A stretch of DNA of 64,000 nt, taken from assembly GCA_037447605.1 (NCBI GenBank), contig CM074804.1:7293909-7357908 (forward strand), given 5' to 3'. How positions within the stretch are numbered: position 1 is the stretch's first letter; every line of letters starts with the position of its first letter. A model generated the notes under the pieces. It ran no database searches, was not told the DNA's origin, and worked only from the letters and a program-made list of their open reading frames with translations. Position numbers and translations under genes: made by a program. This DNA is from Zygnema circumcarinatum SAG 698-1b. Taxonomy: Eukaryota > Plantae > Zygnematophyceae. Of this stretch, positions 1-10,985 are shown piece after piece.

Positions 1-1733
1 GAGGTGGCGTGCGAGGACGACGGCTATCTCGGCTCGTGGTTCGATGCCACCATTATCGGGCATGAGGGAAATAAGTTCACCATCGAGTACGAGAACCTGC
101 TGGAGGAAGACATGCGCAGCCCCTGCAAGGAGCGAGTGAAGATGAGCCAAGTTCGGCCTCGTCCTCCGCAGCTTCCTGAAGACGATCCTGGCAGGTGGCT
201 GCCGGGCCATGCGGTGGAGGCTCATTGGCATGACGGGTGGTGGCAGGGAGTCATTGACAAGCGCCTCGCAAAGGATTCCTTTCAAGTGTACTTTCAGAAT
301 ACTTCTGAGCGTTTGACCTTTTCTGCAAAGAATATTAGGACTCGAATGGACTGGGGCGAAGGCGGATGGGTCGTCGTAACCGCGGTACACTTCATTCTCT
401 GCTTGGGCCGAAGCTCTGATCGGGTGGAGCTGTGGGACCGAGCAGGAGGGGCAATGGAAAGTCCTTTCTGATAGGCTGAGCTGCTAGATTGGCATCGGTC
501 AGCAGAATTTCTCCATTCATGTGGTTTTTTCTCTGTTTGCTTCAAGAATGCAGTAGTTATTCTGCTTTGTTGTGTAGATGATGGCATCGTCAGTGGAGCA
601 CTTGTAAACCTGTGCTAACTTCTTTGATCGATTGGTGCTACTGATGAATTTTTTTGCCTGATTGGGATATTGTAATTAGTGCCACTAACTGCAACACACA
701 CTGTTGGTGTTGGTCTCATCAGCGATTTTTATTGTTGGTCCTGAGTGCTGCGAGGATTGCATTTCTCCAGTGGTTTCCAGTTTTGCCAGATTGTGGTTGG
801 CTTGGGCTGTTTCGTCATCGTTACTATCTGTCGTGACTGCAGGATGGACTGGCAATACAAGCAAATTGGAAACGTAAGTGGTTTACCGGTCGGCTACTTG
901 ATAATGAATACTTTTCTCTTTTGTAGAGACTTTTTTAACCTTTGCCAGAAGTGATTGTTTCATGTCTGACTGACACATCTCGTTGCTTTGTGAACGTGCA
1001 TCAGGCGAGCTTTTCCCCGCGCGCCCACTCCACATTTGCAGCTACGAGCACTGTGACGGGGTTCACTAAGAGTCGCCCTCCTGCTGCCAATTGTGGACGG
1101 CGAAGTGAAGAAACTCCCAAGGGTCGCAGTCCTGGAAGAGACAGGATGGGGAGATATGCAGGTAACACACCGCCCGTCGGAGCAGAAGACAGTCCTAACG
1201 GGCCACTCACCAACTCTTTGTATTCAATAAGGTCAGCAGTTACGCCTGCACAGCCAGAAAGCAACGGTTGGATGAACCAGGAGAAGAGAGACCTTGCAGA
1301 CACCTTTCGGCAGGCAGCGGGCTCACCGCTTGATGATTTTTTTCAGCCATGGACGCCTCAAGGCGAGGTCGAGCCACCCGCAAAGCGCCATCACTACGTG
1401 ACTGGTGGGCTCCATGACCAAGGAAATGCTGCAAGTCCTCCGGGAATGAATGAACAGTGGACAAAGGAACAGACTCCTGTGCATCGAATTCTGAACAGAG
1501 AAACTAGGGCTGCAGCGCTGCATGGATATCGGGCCGTAGTCAAGGCCTTTCACCAGCAGCAATTCATCGACTATGACAAGTCAAAAATAATGGCTGACCT
1601 ACGGCTAGCTCTTGGCATATCCAACAATTACCATGTGAATCTTCTTCGACACCTCGCAGCTAGTCCAACCGCAGCTTGTTGCACTGAGGCAGAAAGTTTG
1701 ATCAATGAAATCTCTCATGATCAATCGGCCTGA
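1..1733 (+). CDS. Tandem Agenet/Tudor-domain + ENT (EMSY N-terminal) domain chromatin protein, 5' end outside window
   Basis: ORF 4..471 has two Agenet-like repeats (GSWFDATII..IEYENL; VEAHWHDGWWQGVI..VYF) with a GT donor at 385. ORF 942..1733 ends in an ENT-like segment (ALHGYRAVVKAFHQQQFIDYDKSKIMADLRLALGISNNYHVNLL). The internal exon(s) near 843..873 are not fully resolved. Confidence 0.8.
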
Positions 1734-2139
1734 GTTTCTAGGTCAGATTCTGGCAGGCTGTGGTGTACAGTTACAGGAGGTTCGAGAATTTGGCCGCCGG
1801 CCATTTGAAGCTTGCTTAGGATACATGACGTCGAAAGTAAGAAAGCAGTAGTCTGTAAATACGCATGGCAGCTAGTAGAGGTGACTGCAAAAGCCGTTAG
1901 GCTCGTTTTTCTAGCTAGCTCATCATTAGCTTGGCAGGAAGAGAAGAGAGGACCTAGAAGGTTCTACACCGAAGGTATATCCACCGTCTTTACTTGTTAG
2001 GTATGGCCTCTGAAGTACAGCAGCTTCTCTACGTCAACAAAGCTCTGAAAGAGTGGCGAGAAAGGAGCGGTAGTAACCTCTACTATAAACGAGGGCACAC
2101 TAATATTACTAGGGTGTACGCCTTTTGCTTGGAAAAGGA

Positions 2140-2238
2140 AGTGGCATTGATCTCACGATGGCGATGATGCTATCAAATAATGTACACGCACAAAAACAGC
2201 ATGGGGAACCACGAAGAACTACTGGTCGCAAAGGACCT
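2140..2238 (+). repeat. Dispersed bipartite element, copy 1 (second copy at 14309..14401)
   Basis: Block 2140..2164 matches 14309..14333 at 24/25 nt, and block 2191..2238 matches 14354..14401 at 43/48 nt. The spacers are unrelated (26 vs 20 nt). Confidence 0.85.
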
Positions 2239-2776
2239 AAGCACAAAAGAAACTTGCTCAGTCTTTAGATATGAGTAATTTAGTGGGTTGATGCTTTTTC
2301 CATTTCTGCTCATTTGGTGCGCATTCATCGCTGTGCTGTACTGAGTCAAACCATTGTATGGTCTTGGGCAGTGCGCGTCTTCATGACCTTAAGCAAACTA
2401 CATAAAATTACAATGTATTAATGCACTTTTTTGCAGTGGATTAGGACGAAAAGATGTGGCATTAGGAAACTAGCGATGCTGGTGGCTCCCATTTGTTAAA
2501 AAGGAGATCATCTCATGACACATGAGAAGCACTTTTGTAGTCGAGATCAAAATTACATTTCCCCTTTTTTTTTCAAAACAGATATCAGGCACACTTCACA
2601 AGGCTGGTAGTTGCCAACTTTTCGTGTCCTTTGGAAGACTCTGAAAGTTCAGTTTCACAATCGTTTGATAGCGCGTGCTAACGAGGGTCTTATGCGGGGC
2701 GTGACAATGGGCTCACTCCAGTGCAAACGGTTGACCCTCAGAAACTTGAGAATGAGAACTGCCAGCTCTTCAAATC

Positions 2777-4494
2777 TTAACTACTCGCGATGCCAACTTC
2801 TCTGAGGACTGCGTTGAAATCGAAATACTCAGAACCCTTGTTGAAGTCTTGAACGAGGCGGAACTTCCTGTCTTCATGGTAAAAGGCGTGAGCAATCTGG
2901 AGAAGGCCCCGAGCCTGCAATGGCGAAAGCGTCCAGTAAGAAATACAAATAGCCGCCCACAAGTTTAAAGTACGAACTTTGTGGACAGGTCACTTGACGC
3001 TTGTACATTACTCAGTAGGAGATGGAGGGCCGGTCAGTGACAGGGCGAGCAGGCTGTGCTACTGCTACAGGCTGTGCTCCATACCTCATCGTCTGCAAGC
3101 TGGCTGGGAAGAACCACATCTCCACGAACCAATACAATGCCCTTTGTCTCCGCAAGCTCAGTGTAATGAGTGGCGACAAAGAAGGGAGATGCATTCGTTC
3201 CCCGAACCTTGAAGTCTTCAAGACCTGTAAAGAGCAGATGTGGTATCTGCGCTACTCACATCCCTCCAACCCATTCAACACTGACGAGATCAATCTTCCT
3301 GAGCAAAACCTACCTCTGCATTGTCTACACAAGATAAAACAGAGATATTTTCTTGCAAACGTGGAAGGCTCTCGACCAATTACGAGCCAATAAAACGAAA
3401 TATAGAGCTGGGATTGCTCTCACCTTGCATGACCATTGTGACAAAGCCACGACTTCGGCGTACTGGCAGCACAAAAGTTGCGCTACACCCAAACAAAACA
3501 AACAAACAAAAACAAAATGAATATATCTAAGGGTTTCCCTTAAGGATCTCTTAACGCGTGCTTAAGCAAAAGGGGTCCAACATTGACGACAACTGGAGAC
3601 AAAAACTAAAGCCCCTTTTTTTTTCGATGAAAACAAGTTGAAATTGCAAAGGTCAGAATCAGAAAAAAACACCAGAAGTAAAACTGTCGGCATATTTAGT
3701 TGTCGCATGACAGCGTTATTTATTATCTAGTGCGTCGATCAGCAATAACATAGCAGATTTTGCCGCTCATTGGAAGAACTTATGCTTCTGAAAGAGATCC
3801 TTCACCTTAAAGTATGTCCGAGCAGCTTACCACGTCTGTGCTCGGTTTTTAAAGACCTCATACAATTCCCTGCTCACGACCGAACTCACATGCCCTCGTC
3901 CAATATGAAACTGTTCCCAACCGTAGCATCTGTGTGAGTGAAATTTTTTCGTCAAATTCCAAAGGCGGAAACAAGATCAGAGCGCTCCTTTCTCTCAGTC
4001 CATAACCGGCCAGACTCTCTTCCCTGATCAAGGTATAGAACAAGGACTAAGCTCTTCAATCTTGAATTGCCCTGTTCGGTATGACGAATGCCATTCAATT
4101 CAAAAACAAAAAAAAAAAAAAAAATTATAAAAACGTACTTATGCACCGGAAAGAACTCTTCATATCGATTTCACTATAAGCCTGGCGGCACCACAGGAAG
4201 AGTACGAGGTAGCCTTACGTCGTCCCAAACGCGGCTCACTTCCTCTGCTGGAAGGCCTTCCACAGTCTCAATCCTCATGATTTCACTTAACATCTTCGGC
4301 ATTGGAAGCGAGAATCCGCTTGCAAACTGCGACGACCTTGCATGAATGAGCGGCAAACGACTTGCAAAATGCTGGGCGCGTTCTTCACTGACAGGCCTCC
4401 CTCCATTGCTAGCACCAGCTTCAAAAGCGTAAATCCGTTGTAAGGGCAGACCTCGTATTCGGGCAGCAAGGTGCCTCCTGCCTGCGGCAGCCAT
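2777..4494 (-). CDS. ATP11: ATP synthase F1 assembly factor ATP11 family protein
   Basis: Five exons (4219..4494, 3831..3910, 3424..3482, 3085..3251, 2777..2914), all GT-AG and in frame. They give FASGFS..VWDDFHIGRGHV..LFTGLEDFKVRG..HYTELAETKGIVLVRGDVV..AFYHEDRKFRLVQDFNK, matching the remembered plant ATP11 motifs. Confidence 0.93.
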
Positions 4495-4757
4495 GGCTTC
4501 CGCTTTCCAGAACAATACAAACAGCTGCCCCCTCCCTCCCTTTCGCCTGATTGAGACCAGCACAATAACAGTTTCATGTCGCAGTTCCATCACAGTTCAA
4601 AATCGGCTGAATCAATTCAAGGAATTTTGTTCTATGTAACCAAACAACGCTCTCCAATTCCATTTCAAATTTTCACATGTAGCGGCTACCTTCCCCTGCT
4701 CTGTCGGAGGGGGCGGAAAGTGGCAGTCTGCGCCTTGCTTCTTGAAGGGGCGCAGCC

Positions 4758-5738
4758 ATGGAGGAGGCCGAGGCGAGGAGGGCGAGGCTAAGAGCCATGC
4801 GAGCCGATGCAGAAGCAGGAGCAGCGCAGCCGGACGGCAGTGTAGGGATGCAGCAGGGCCTCCTGCCAGCCCCTCTCTTTGAGAATGCCTTCCCGCACAC
4901 ACACACAGACCGCTCCTCTCTTCAGAGAAGGAGCCGTCACCCTGCAAAGTTTGACTTCTACACAGATCCCATGGCGGGGTTCAGTCGAGGGAGCTTGGAC
5001 GAGGAGCGTGCAGGAGTGGGGGTCCGGGGCGCTTACGCTGGTTTCCCCTCGGAGCAGGGTTACTTGCAAGTGCAGGCAGCAGGAGTTAGGTCACAGCAAC
5101 AGTTTTTTTCTGGAGCTCCAAATGTATATGGAGCCGGCTCATTTTGTTTGCAGCAAAGCGTGATGGATGCTAACCATGGCGCGCAGAATCAGGAAAGACA
5201 GGTCTTGGATAATTTTAGGGCAAACAGCTCCGTCAATTTTCCCAGCCAGAGAGCAATCGCAGGTGCAGGAAACTTGCACCAACAGCCATTTGGTGGAAGA
5301 GGCAATGGGCAGGAACAGGGGTTTAGGGTGGGGAATCGACGGCAGGGTGGGGAACGATGGCAGACTGAAGGTAGTCAGGGAAGGGGCGGCCGCAGCAGTC
5401 CTTCGCAAGGAGGTGGGAGAGGTGCGGGGAGGATAGGGGGGATGGAGAGTGGGTCAGGCGCCTGGCGTGGAGCTAAAGCGGGTCGGTATGGCGAGGCATC
5501 TGCAAGAGAACGCCCAGATTTGTACTATAACAAGTCTATGATTGAGGATCCTTGGGAAGCTCTCCTTAGAGAATTTCCTTCAAAGCTGGCAGCTGCACAG
5601 CAAGGAAGGTCTGGACACGGTGGGCAACCCAAGCTATCAACTTCGAGCAAGAAGGGGGAGTCCATGAGTGGCCCAAGCCTTGCAGATAACTTGGCTGGCG
5701 CTTTGGCAGAAGCTATGGAAGAAGCCTCTACATCGTGA
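4758..5738 (+). CDS. SIC: SICKLE-like / MPLKIP-motif protein (lariat debranching cofactor), intronless
   Basis: 326-aa ORF with the hallmark SICKLE blocks MEEAEARRARLRAMR, FDFYTDPM, a Gly/Arg-rich middle, YYNKSMIEDPWEAL and C-terminal SLADNLAGAL. Confidence 0.85.
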   Translation: MEEAEARRARLRAMRADAEAGAAQPDGSVGMQQGLLPAPLFENAFPHTHTDRSSLQRRSRHPAKFDFYTDPMAGFSRGSLDEERAGVGVRGAYAGFPSEQGYLQVQAAGVRSQQQFFSGAPNVYGAGSFCLQQSVMDANHGAQNQERQVLDNFRANSSVNFPSQRAIAGAGNLHQQPFGGRGNGQEQGFRVGNRRQGGERWQTEGSQGRGGRSSPSQGGGRGAGRIGGMESGSGAWRGAKAGRYGEASARERPDLYYNKSMIEDPWEALLREFPSKLAAAQQGRSGHGGQPKLSTSSKKGESMSGPSLADNLAGALAEAMEEASTS

Positions 5739-6560
5739 TGAGCACATGTTTTGTGTGATACAGCCACCTTTGTTGGTTGTTCAGCTTCAGATGGTAATTA
5801 TCCTTACACTGAAGTAGTCGGCCTTACGAATTTGGCCACGGGTTATGTTTATTCTTTTGGCAGTCGAAACTGCAGTCGTATGGATTGATCTGCCACTGAT
5901 GTTCAGCGGTTGTCTCTCTTGCAGGTGCGTCTGAGCGTGTTCAGACTATCAAATTTGTCACAAAGCTCTGCTGTGAGCTAAAAGTTGGTCAGCCGACTTT
6001 GGTTGCACATTGTTTCATAGAATTTCATTATGTCTTTCTATCTAGTTAGTTGCGAGTATAGTCCTACTCATGCTAAATAAAGATGAGACACTTTCTTGTC
6101 CTTTGCTCTTGTCCACATGTTCACAGAATTTGCTGTCATTAATACACCAAGAATTTGCTGTCAAAACTCACTGCTTCCGGTGCGCTCGACACCCAATCTC
6201 AGGGAGCACGTGGCTTCTCAAAGCCCAAACTAGCACACAAAAGCAGCCGGACAGACGTCAAACCTACTTTGCGTTGCAATATTCCAACCAGGATTTGGAC
6301 TCTACACCTTAAACTGAAGCTGAATATAGCTACTCGTGGTATATTACTTCATAAAAAAGACAGACAGGGAGGGGGGGGTGGGGGGCGGTATACATGCGAA
6401 TAGAGCAAATTGACTGTTTATCCGGCCTTCCTTCTACCTTAATAAACTCGTCTTCTGCTCTGAGCACATGTACTGCACGGAGTTCTCTGGCGGGGGCTCT
6501 GCATTCACAGGTTAGAGGCTTCAATAAATTACAGCAGGCATTGGACTGTACATGAGAGCA

Positions 6561-9484
6561 TCATAAAAGGACGGCTGAAGAAGGGGGGCGAGATTTCCTG
6601 GCCGGCTCGAATATAGCATCGAGTAAGAACCCATCTGTTTGCAGCGCCTCCTTGAACTCCTCATAACTGAGTCGTCCATCACAGTTGGCATCTAGTCTGT
6701 CGAATAGCTCGTCAAACTTGCCTGGGTCATTCAGTAGATACGCAGGCAAATACTCTTCTGGCAAAGCCTGCCAAGAAACCACCAGCAGTTCCCCTCGATC
6801 ATTATGGGTATTACAGACGACATGTAAAGGACCTCAAAGGCCTAGAGTCGCTAAAATGATCAAGGCAGTTACTCACTTTCAGCATGTTGGCAAGCTCGTC
6901 TCTCGAAATGTACCCGGACCCATCGACATCATACATCTGCCACATATCCGGACATTAATTTTCCCCCCCAAATCAGATGCTGATGGGTGTTCCTTGCTAG
7001 TGAGTCAGTACAGGCGCCGATTTTCTAATGAGCAAGTTTGCATACCCTGCATTCCACTTGGCGAATGGAATTGATCGCATTGACTTGTCCGGAGTTTAGC
7101 CCTAAGGTATGCTATAAGATGGGTGACTGGAGTATGATGCATCGAATGCATGCCAGAAAAACTAATATTAAGCACAGGAATGACGAGGCACCACTTGGTG
7201 CAGGCACAGCATCTGCAGAAAGAGGAGAACTCTTCAACATGGTTACAAATGAAGGAGGGTGTAAGAGGTCATTAGAATCTTTCCACCCACATCCCCAGAC
7301 GTTTTGTTTTCAAGGTTGTCCTCACCTTGAAGCAGACTTTGAGGTTCTCTTCTCCATTCTTGCTGCGTAGGGAGGAGAACCCACAAATGATTTCCCGCAT
7401 GTCTACCTGACCATTCTTATCGCGGTCAAAATGATCAAAGATTCGCTGAGCCAGCGGCACAAGGCTCCCCATGCTCATGGAACGGAGCACTTGCTCAAAC
7501 TCCTCCATGTTAACAGAAGATCCATTCGATGATCTGGCCAGGCCCCCAAAGGCGCATCTTGCAATATGAGCGAATGCAAAGCAGCTTACTGTCGTGAACA
7601 AAGACAGCTCGCCTAAGCAACATCTAACTGACCAAACCAGCAAGCTCCCTACATTAGCAAAAACGATTTCTCAACCTTGGCTACTTGAATTGAAATCCTT
7701 TCCAACGACTCCATATCATGCCCTTGAAGCCCTCGGGAAAAAAACTAACAAAAACAAAACAAAAGAGATGGGGGAAGAGTAAAGTAGCGGTGTACATTCT
7801 CCTAAAGTTTGTGTGCAAAAGGTTGAGCTCCTCTTGGCTTAAATTTTCGAAGCCACCCAATATACGCCGCAGCTGTTTCGTTCGCATCATGAATTGATTG
7901 CTCACAATGCTCGCATAGGCAGCAGCTCGGAATTTTCGCCGGGCATTGAACGAAACGAGCCGTTGGAAGATTTCTGGCTGCATAGGTTCAGAGCTGGCTG
8001 AATCGCCAGTCACCCACGGATGCAGCAGCAACTGCAAGGCCAGCCAATAGCAAAGATAGTCCGGTGTGAGCTAGCTCTAGTTAAGAACCTCAGCCTGCAC
8101 AGTTCCAGTGTTGCACGCTCGTTGAAGACTGGCTTTTCGTTAAGAAATGCCCTCAGTGGTAACTCAATACCTCTGCAGCTGTAGGACGGCGAGTCGGGTC
8201 CACAGTGAGCAGTCCGGCGATAAGCTGTTTGGCTGAGGTCGACACCGATTTCCAGGAGTGATCGTCAAAATCAAAGGAGCCCTGCGCTAGCAAGGTCCCA
8301 AAGCTGTGAGATACAAATCTGGATCATCATAGCCGTTTATAAAACATAAACGGCTGCTTGGATTGAATGATATTTTCATCAGGTTTAGTGATTTCTGCTG
8401 AAGGGAAATGGAAAGCGTGTGTACTTATAAGGTTAGCTTGCAACGACCCAGGTCCTTCAAGAATCTAAACAGAATTGCTGTAGGACAGACAAGACACTCC
8501 TCACGGTAGCACTGGCTTCGCTCTCACTCCAGCAGGTTGCAATAATCACTGTGAAAAGCATGCTTCAATCGTCTGGTTGTCTATTAATTGACAGAGACGT
8601 GGGTCTGACTGCGAGTATGCTCACCGTTATAATGAGCTGTTGCTTGTCTTTATTATTTGTAGCATGAAAAGGCGGGTACCTGACACAGAAGGTGAAAAGT
8701 TATGAGCACAGGGCACACTCAAATGCTCCGACAAGAAAGTTGCCGGCTATTGACCTCACAATCGGGTGAGCAGTGCCCACTTTTCTTCATCGTTCATGCA
8801 CACTTTCCCAAAAGCATGGTAGGGTCGCCTTAGCTCTTACCCACACAGGAGGATATAAAGGATGACTCCCAGGGCCCACATATCCCCAGCTGAGTTTGCA
8901 GCACGCTTGGAAAGTGTCTCCGGAGAGACGTATTCAATGGAGCCAAAGAGTCCAACGACCGGATTCGTCAAGCCTTCAATGTGGCTTAGACCAAAGTCCA
9001 TTATCTTTAGAGGGGAATCCTCATCCGGCGTGAGAAAGAGACAATTCTCCGGCTTCAGATCACGATGAGAGATGTTGGCCATATGCAGACTTGCCAGACC
9101 ATTGGCAATTTGCCGTATAACTCGAGATGCCCCTGCTTCCGAGTACCGCTCCTGTTGTACGATCCTGTCAAACAGCTCTCCACCCTCACAAAGCTCCAAA
9201 ACCAGATGCACGCACTCCGTATCTTCAAACACATCCACAAGATGAATGACGTTCGGATGCGGTGAAACGAACTCCACGATGCGGTTCATCACCATGATCT
9301 CGTTCTCCACAAGCGTGTTTGAAACGCTCGCAGCGCCTCCCTGCTTCTTGAGCGTCTTGACAGCCACCTTGGTCCCATCCTCCTTGTTCCGCGCGCTGTG
9401 CACCACCGAGAACCCCCCCGTGCCCAGCACACCCTCCAGCGCGTAGCTCTCCTCCAGCCTCCGCGACTCTCCACCCCCCTCCAT
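6561..9484 (-). CDS. CCaMK: Calcium/calmodulin-dependent protein kinase (CCaMK/DMI3)
   Basis: Seven exons: 8841..9484, 8625..8679, 8171..8281, 7796..8031, 7326..7557, 6877..6936, 6561..6767. Kinase motifs GTGGFS, VAVK, HRDLKPEN, DFG; CaM-binding helix SFNARRKFRAAAYAS; three EF hands (DRDKNGQVDMRE, DVDGSGYISRDE, DANCDGRLSYEE). Confidence 0.97.
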
Positions 9485-9502
9485 GGCGGCCTCCGCCCTC
9501 GC

Positions 9503-9688
9503 AAACCCTAAAACGGAACCAGCCGCTGCACTGAGCCTCCCCGCCCGCCCGCCCGCCCGCCCGCCGCCACAGGGCTCGAGCCTGCCCGCCGCCGCGCACC
9601 TTTTTATATGTGGGGCGGAGGGTGGTTCAGGGCCGGCCCAAATATCGCCCGGGCAGACAGGACAAAGCCCACGCGAGGCCACGTGGCG
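9503..9688 (-). promoter_or_regulatory. CCaMK proximal promoter: telo-box in 5'UTR, TATA box, G-box
   Basis: AAACCCTA at 9503..9510; TATAAAA on the minus strand near 9600..9607; palindromic GCCACGTGGC at 9679..9688. Confidence 0.55.
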
Positions 9689-10325
9689 GGCCGTATTGTC
9701 GTTGAGGAAGGCGACGGACGGGAATCGACGGCACTGGGCGGCCGCCTCTGCCGGTTCGGGCAGAGGAAATATTTCTACGGGCAGATTGGGGAATGTCTTA
9801 TGTTTTTTTTGGTCGTACGGGCAGTTCGGAGTATGGAGGAGTGTGGAAATTTCCGCAGAAGTCAACGCCGGTGCTCCTGGAAAAGTTTGAGAAGAGTCTG
9901 CCCGAGGGCGGCTCGGGCAGAGCCAAAATGCTGACCGGATCTGAGCATGCCGTACGGGTGCGGCGTCGTGTAGCGGGGTAGGGCTAGGGCTAGCGACGCC
10001 TTCCAGTTGACTGTGGACCGGGTGCACCCATAACGACAAAACAGCTATGCAACTTGCTGACGTGAGCCAGCCCGGTTTTTGGCGGCGAACTTGGCCGCCA
10101 AGTTTGCCAGCAAAAAATGTAACCGTTGGCGCGACGTGGTTTTTGGCCGATGAACTGGCCACTCACAGGTTGCCACGTGTCACATGTGAGGCCGACGTGG
10201 CAATGTCCAATGCAGTGTCCAGCGAGCCATCTGATTGGTCCAATTGGTCTGAAGCGAGCACGGGGCGTCCGGTGGGTGGTGCAGGGCCGGCGGGATGCGG
10301 CAAGGCTTAGCATGTGGCCGGAGCC

Positions 10326-10481
10326 CAACAAATGGCCGAGTGGTGCCCGGTCCCGAAGCAACACAAACAGGCAGGCCGCCAGCAGGTTCGATGCCGAGTG
10401 CAAGGGACAACACCAACTGCGCTTGCAAACTGCTGATGGTGCTGCCAGATGAGCTCAACCCTTTGCGCGTCTCTGACCACC

Positions 10482-10531
<50 letters not shown>
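10326..10531 (+). other. Orphan Pol III type-2 promoter element (A-box + B-box) with (GCCA)12 tail; candidate tRNA-derived SINE or ncRNA
   Basis: A-box TGGCCGAGTGG at 10333..10343 and B-box GGTTCGATGCC at 10385..10395, with tRNA-like spacing. It does not fold as a cloverleaf and no TSD was found. Confidence 0.35.
10484..10531 (+). repeat. (GCCA)12 microsatellite
   Basis: Perfect tetranucleotide repeat read directly from the sequence. Confidence 0.95.
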
Positions 10532-10985
10532 CAGCTACGAACAAAGCGACGACCGGTGAGTGAGTGAGTGCACTCTAACGCTAGCCACGTCCAGCCTTGC
10601 CCTGCCCTGCCTTGCCTTGCGAGCAACTCTGTAGTCTTCCAACGACGCTGCTGCTGCTGCGGCAGTGGTTTCAGGAGCAGCAAGCTGCGTGTTGCTGTAC
10701 GGTACGGCGGTGGTGAGACGTCGCGGGGGAGGGAGGGAGAGCAAGGTCGGCCGCGACTAGTCGAGTGAGCGCACGCGCACGCGCACCCCATCGTACGGTA
10801 CGGCACGCAGTCCTTCCTCCCTCCCTCCCTCGTACGGCGGTGCGGTACTGTAACACTGACTCAACAAGGGAGAAAGGAAGGAGGGCGGGATACGCGACTC
10901 GGAAGGAGAGCCCTTCCTCTCGTCACTTGCTCTCCTGCCCGCCCGCCAGCACCGTCTCCTGCTGCTGCTGCAGGGCGCCTGGTGA

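Noticed and set aside
3022-3393. 123-aa plus-strand ORF and the many other antisense ORFs over ATP11, CCaMK, ABCB and GH31
   Set aside because: They are shadow frames of well-supported opposite-strand exons and show no independent homology.
5790-5925. Possible 3'UTR intron after the SICKLE stop
   Set aside because: It rests only on a GT and an AG with a polypyrimidine tract and cannot be supported without transcripts.
9485-10162. 226-codon in-frame N-terminal extension of the CCaMK ORF (8837..10162)
   Set aside because: It runs through the TATA box, G-box and GC-rich promoter. Homology starts at the strong-context ATG 9484, and open frames are common in GC-rich DNA.
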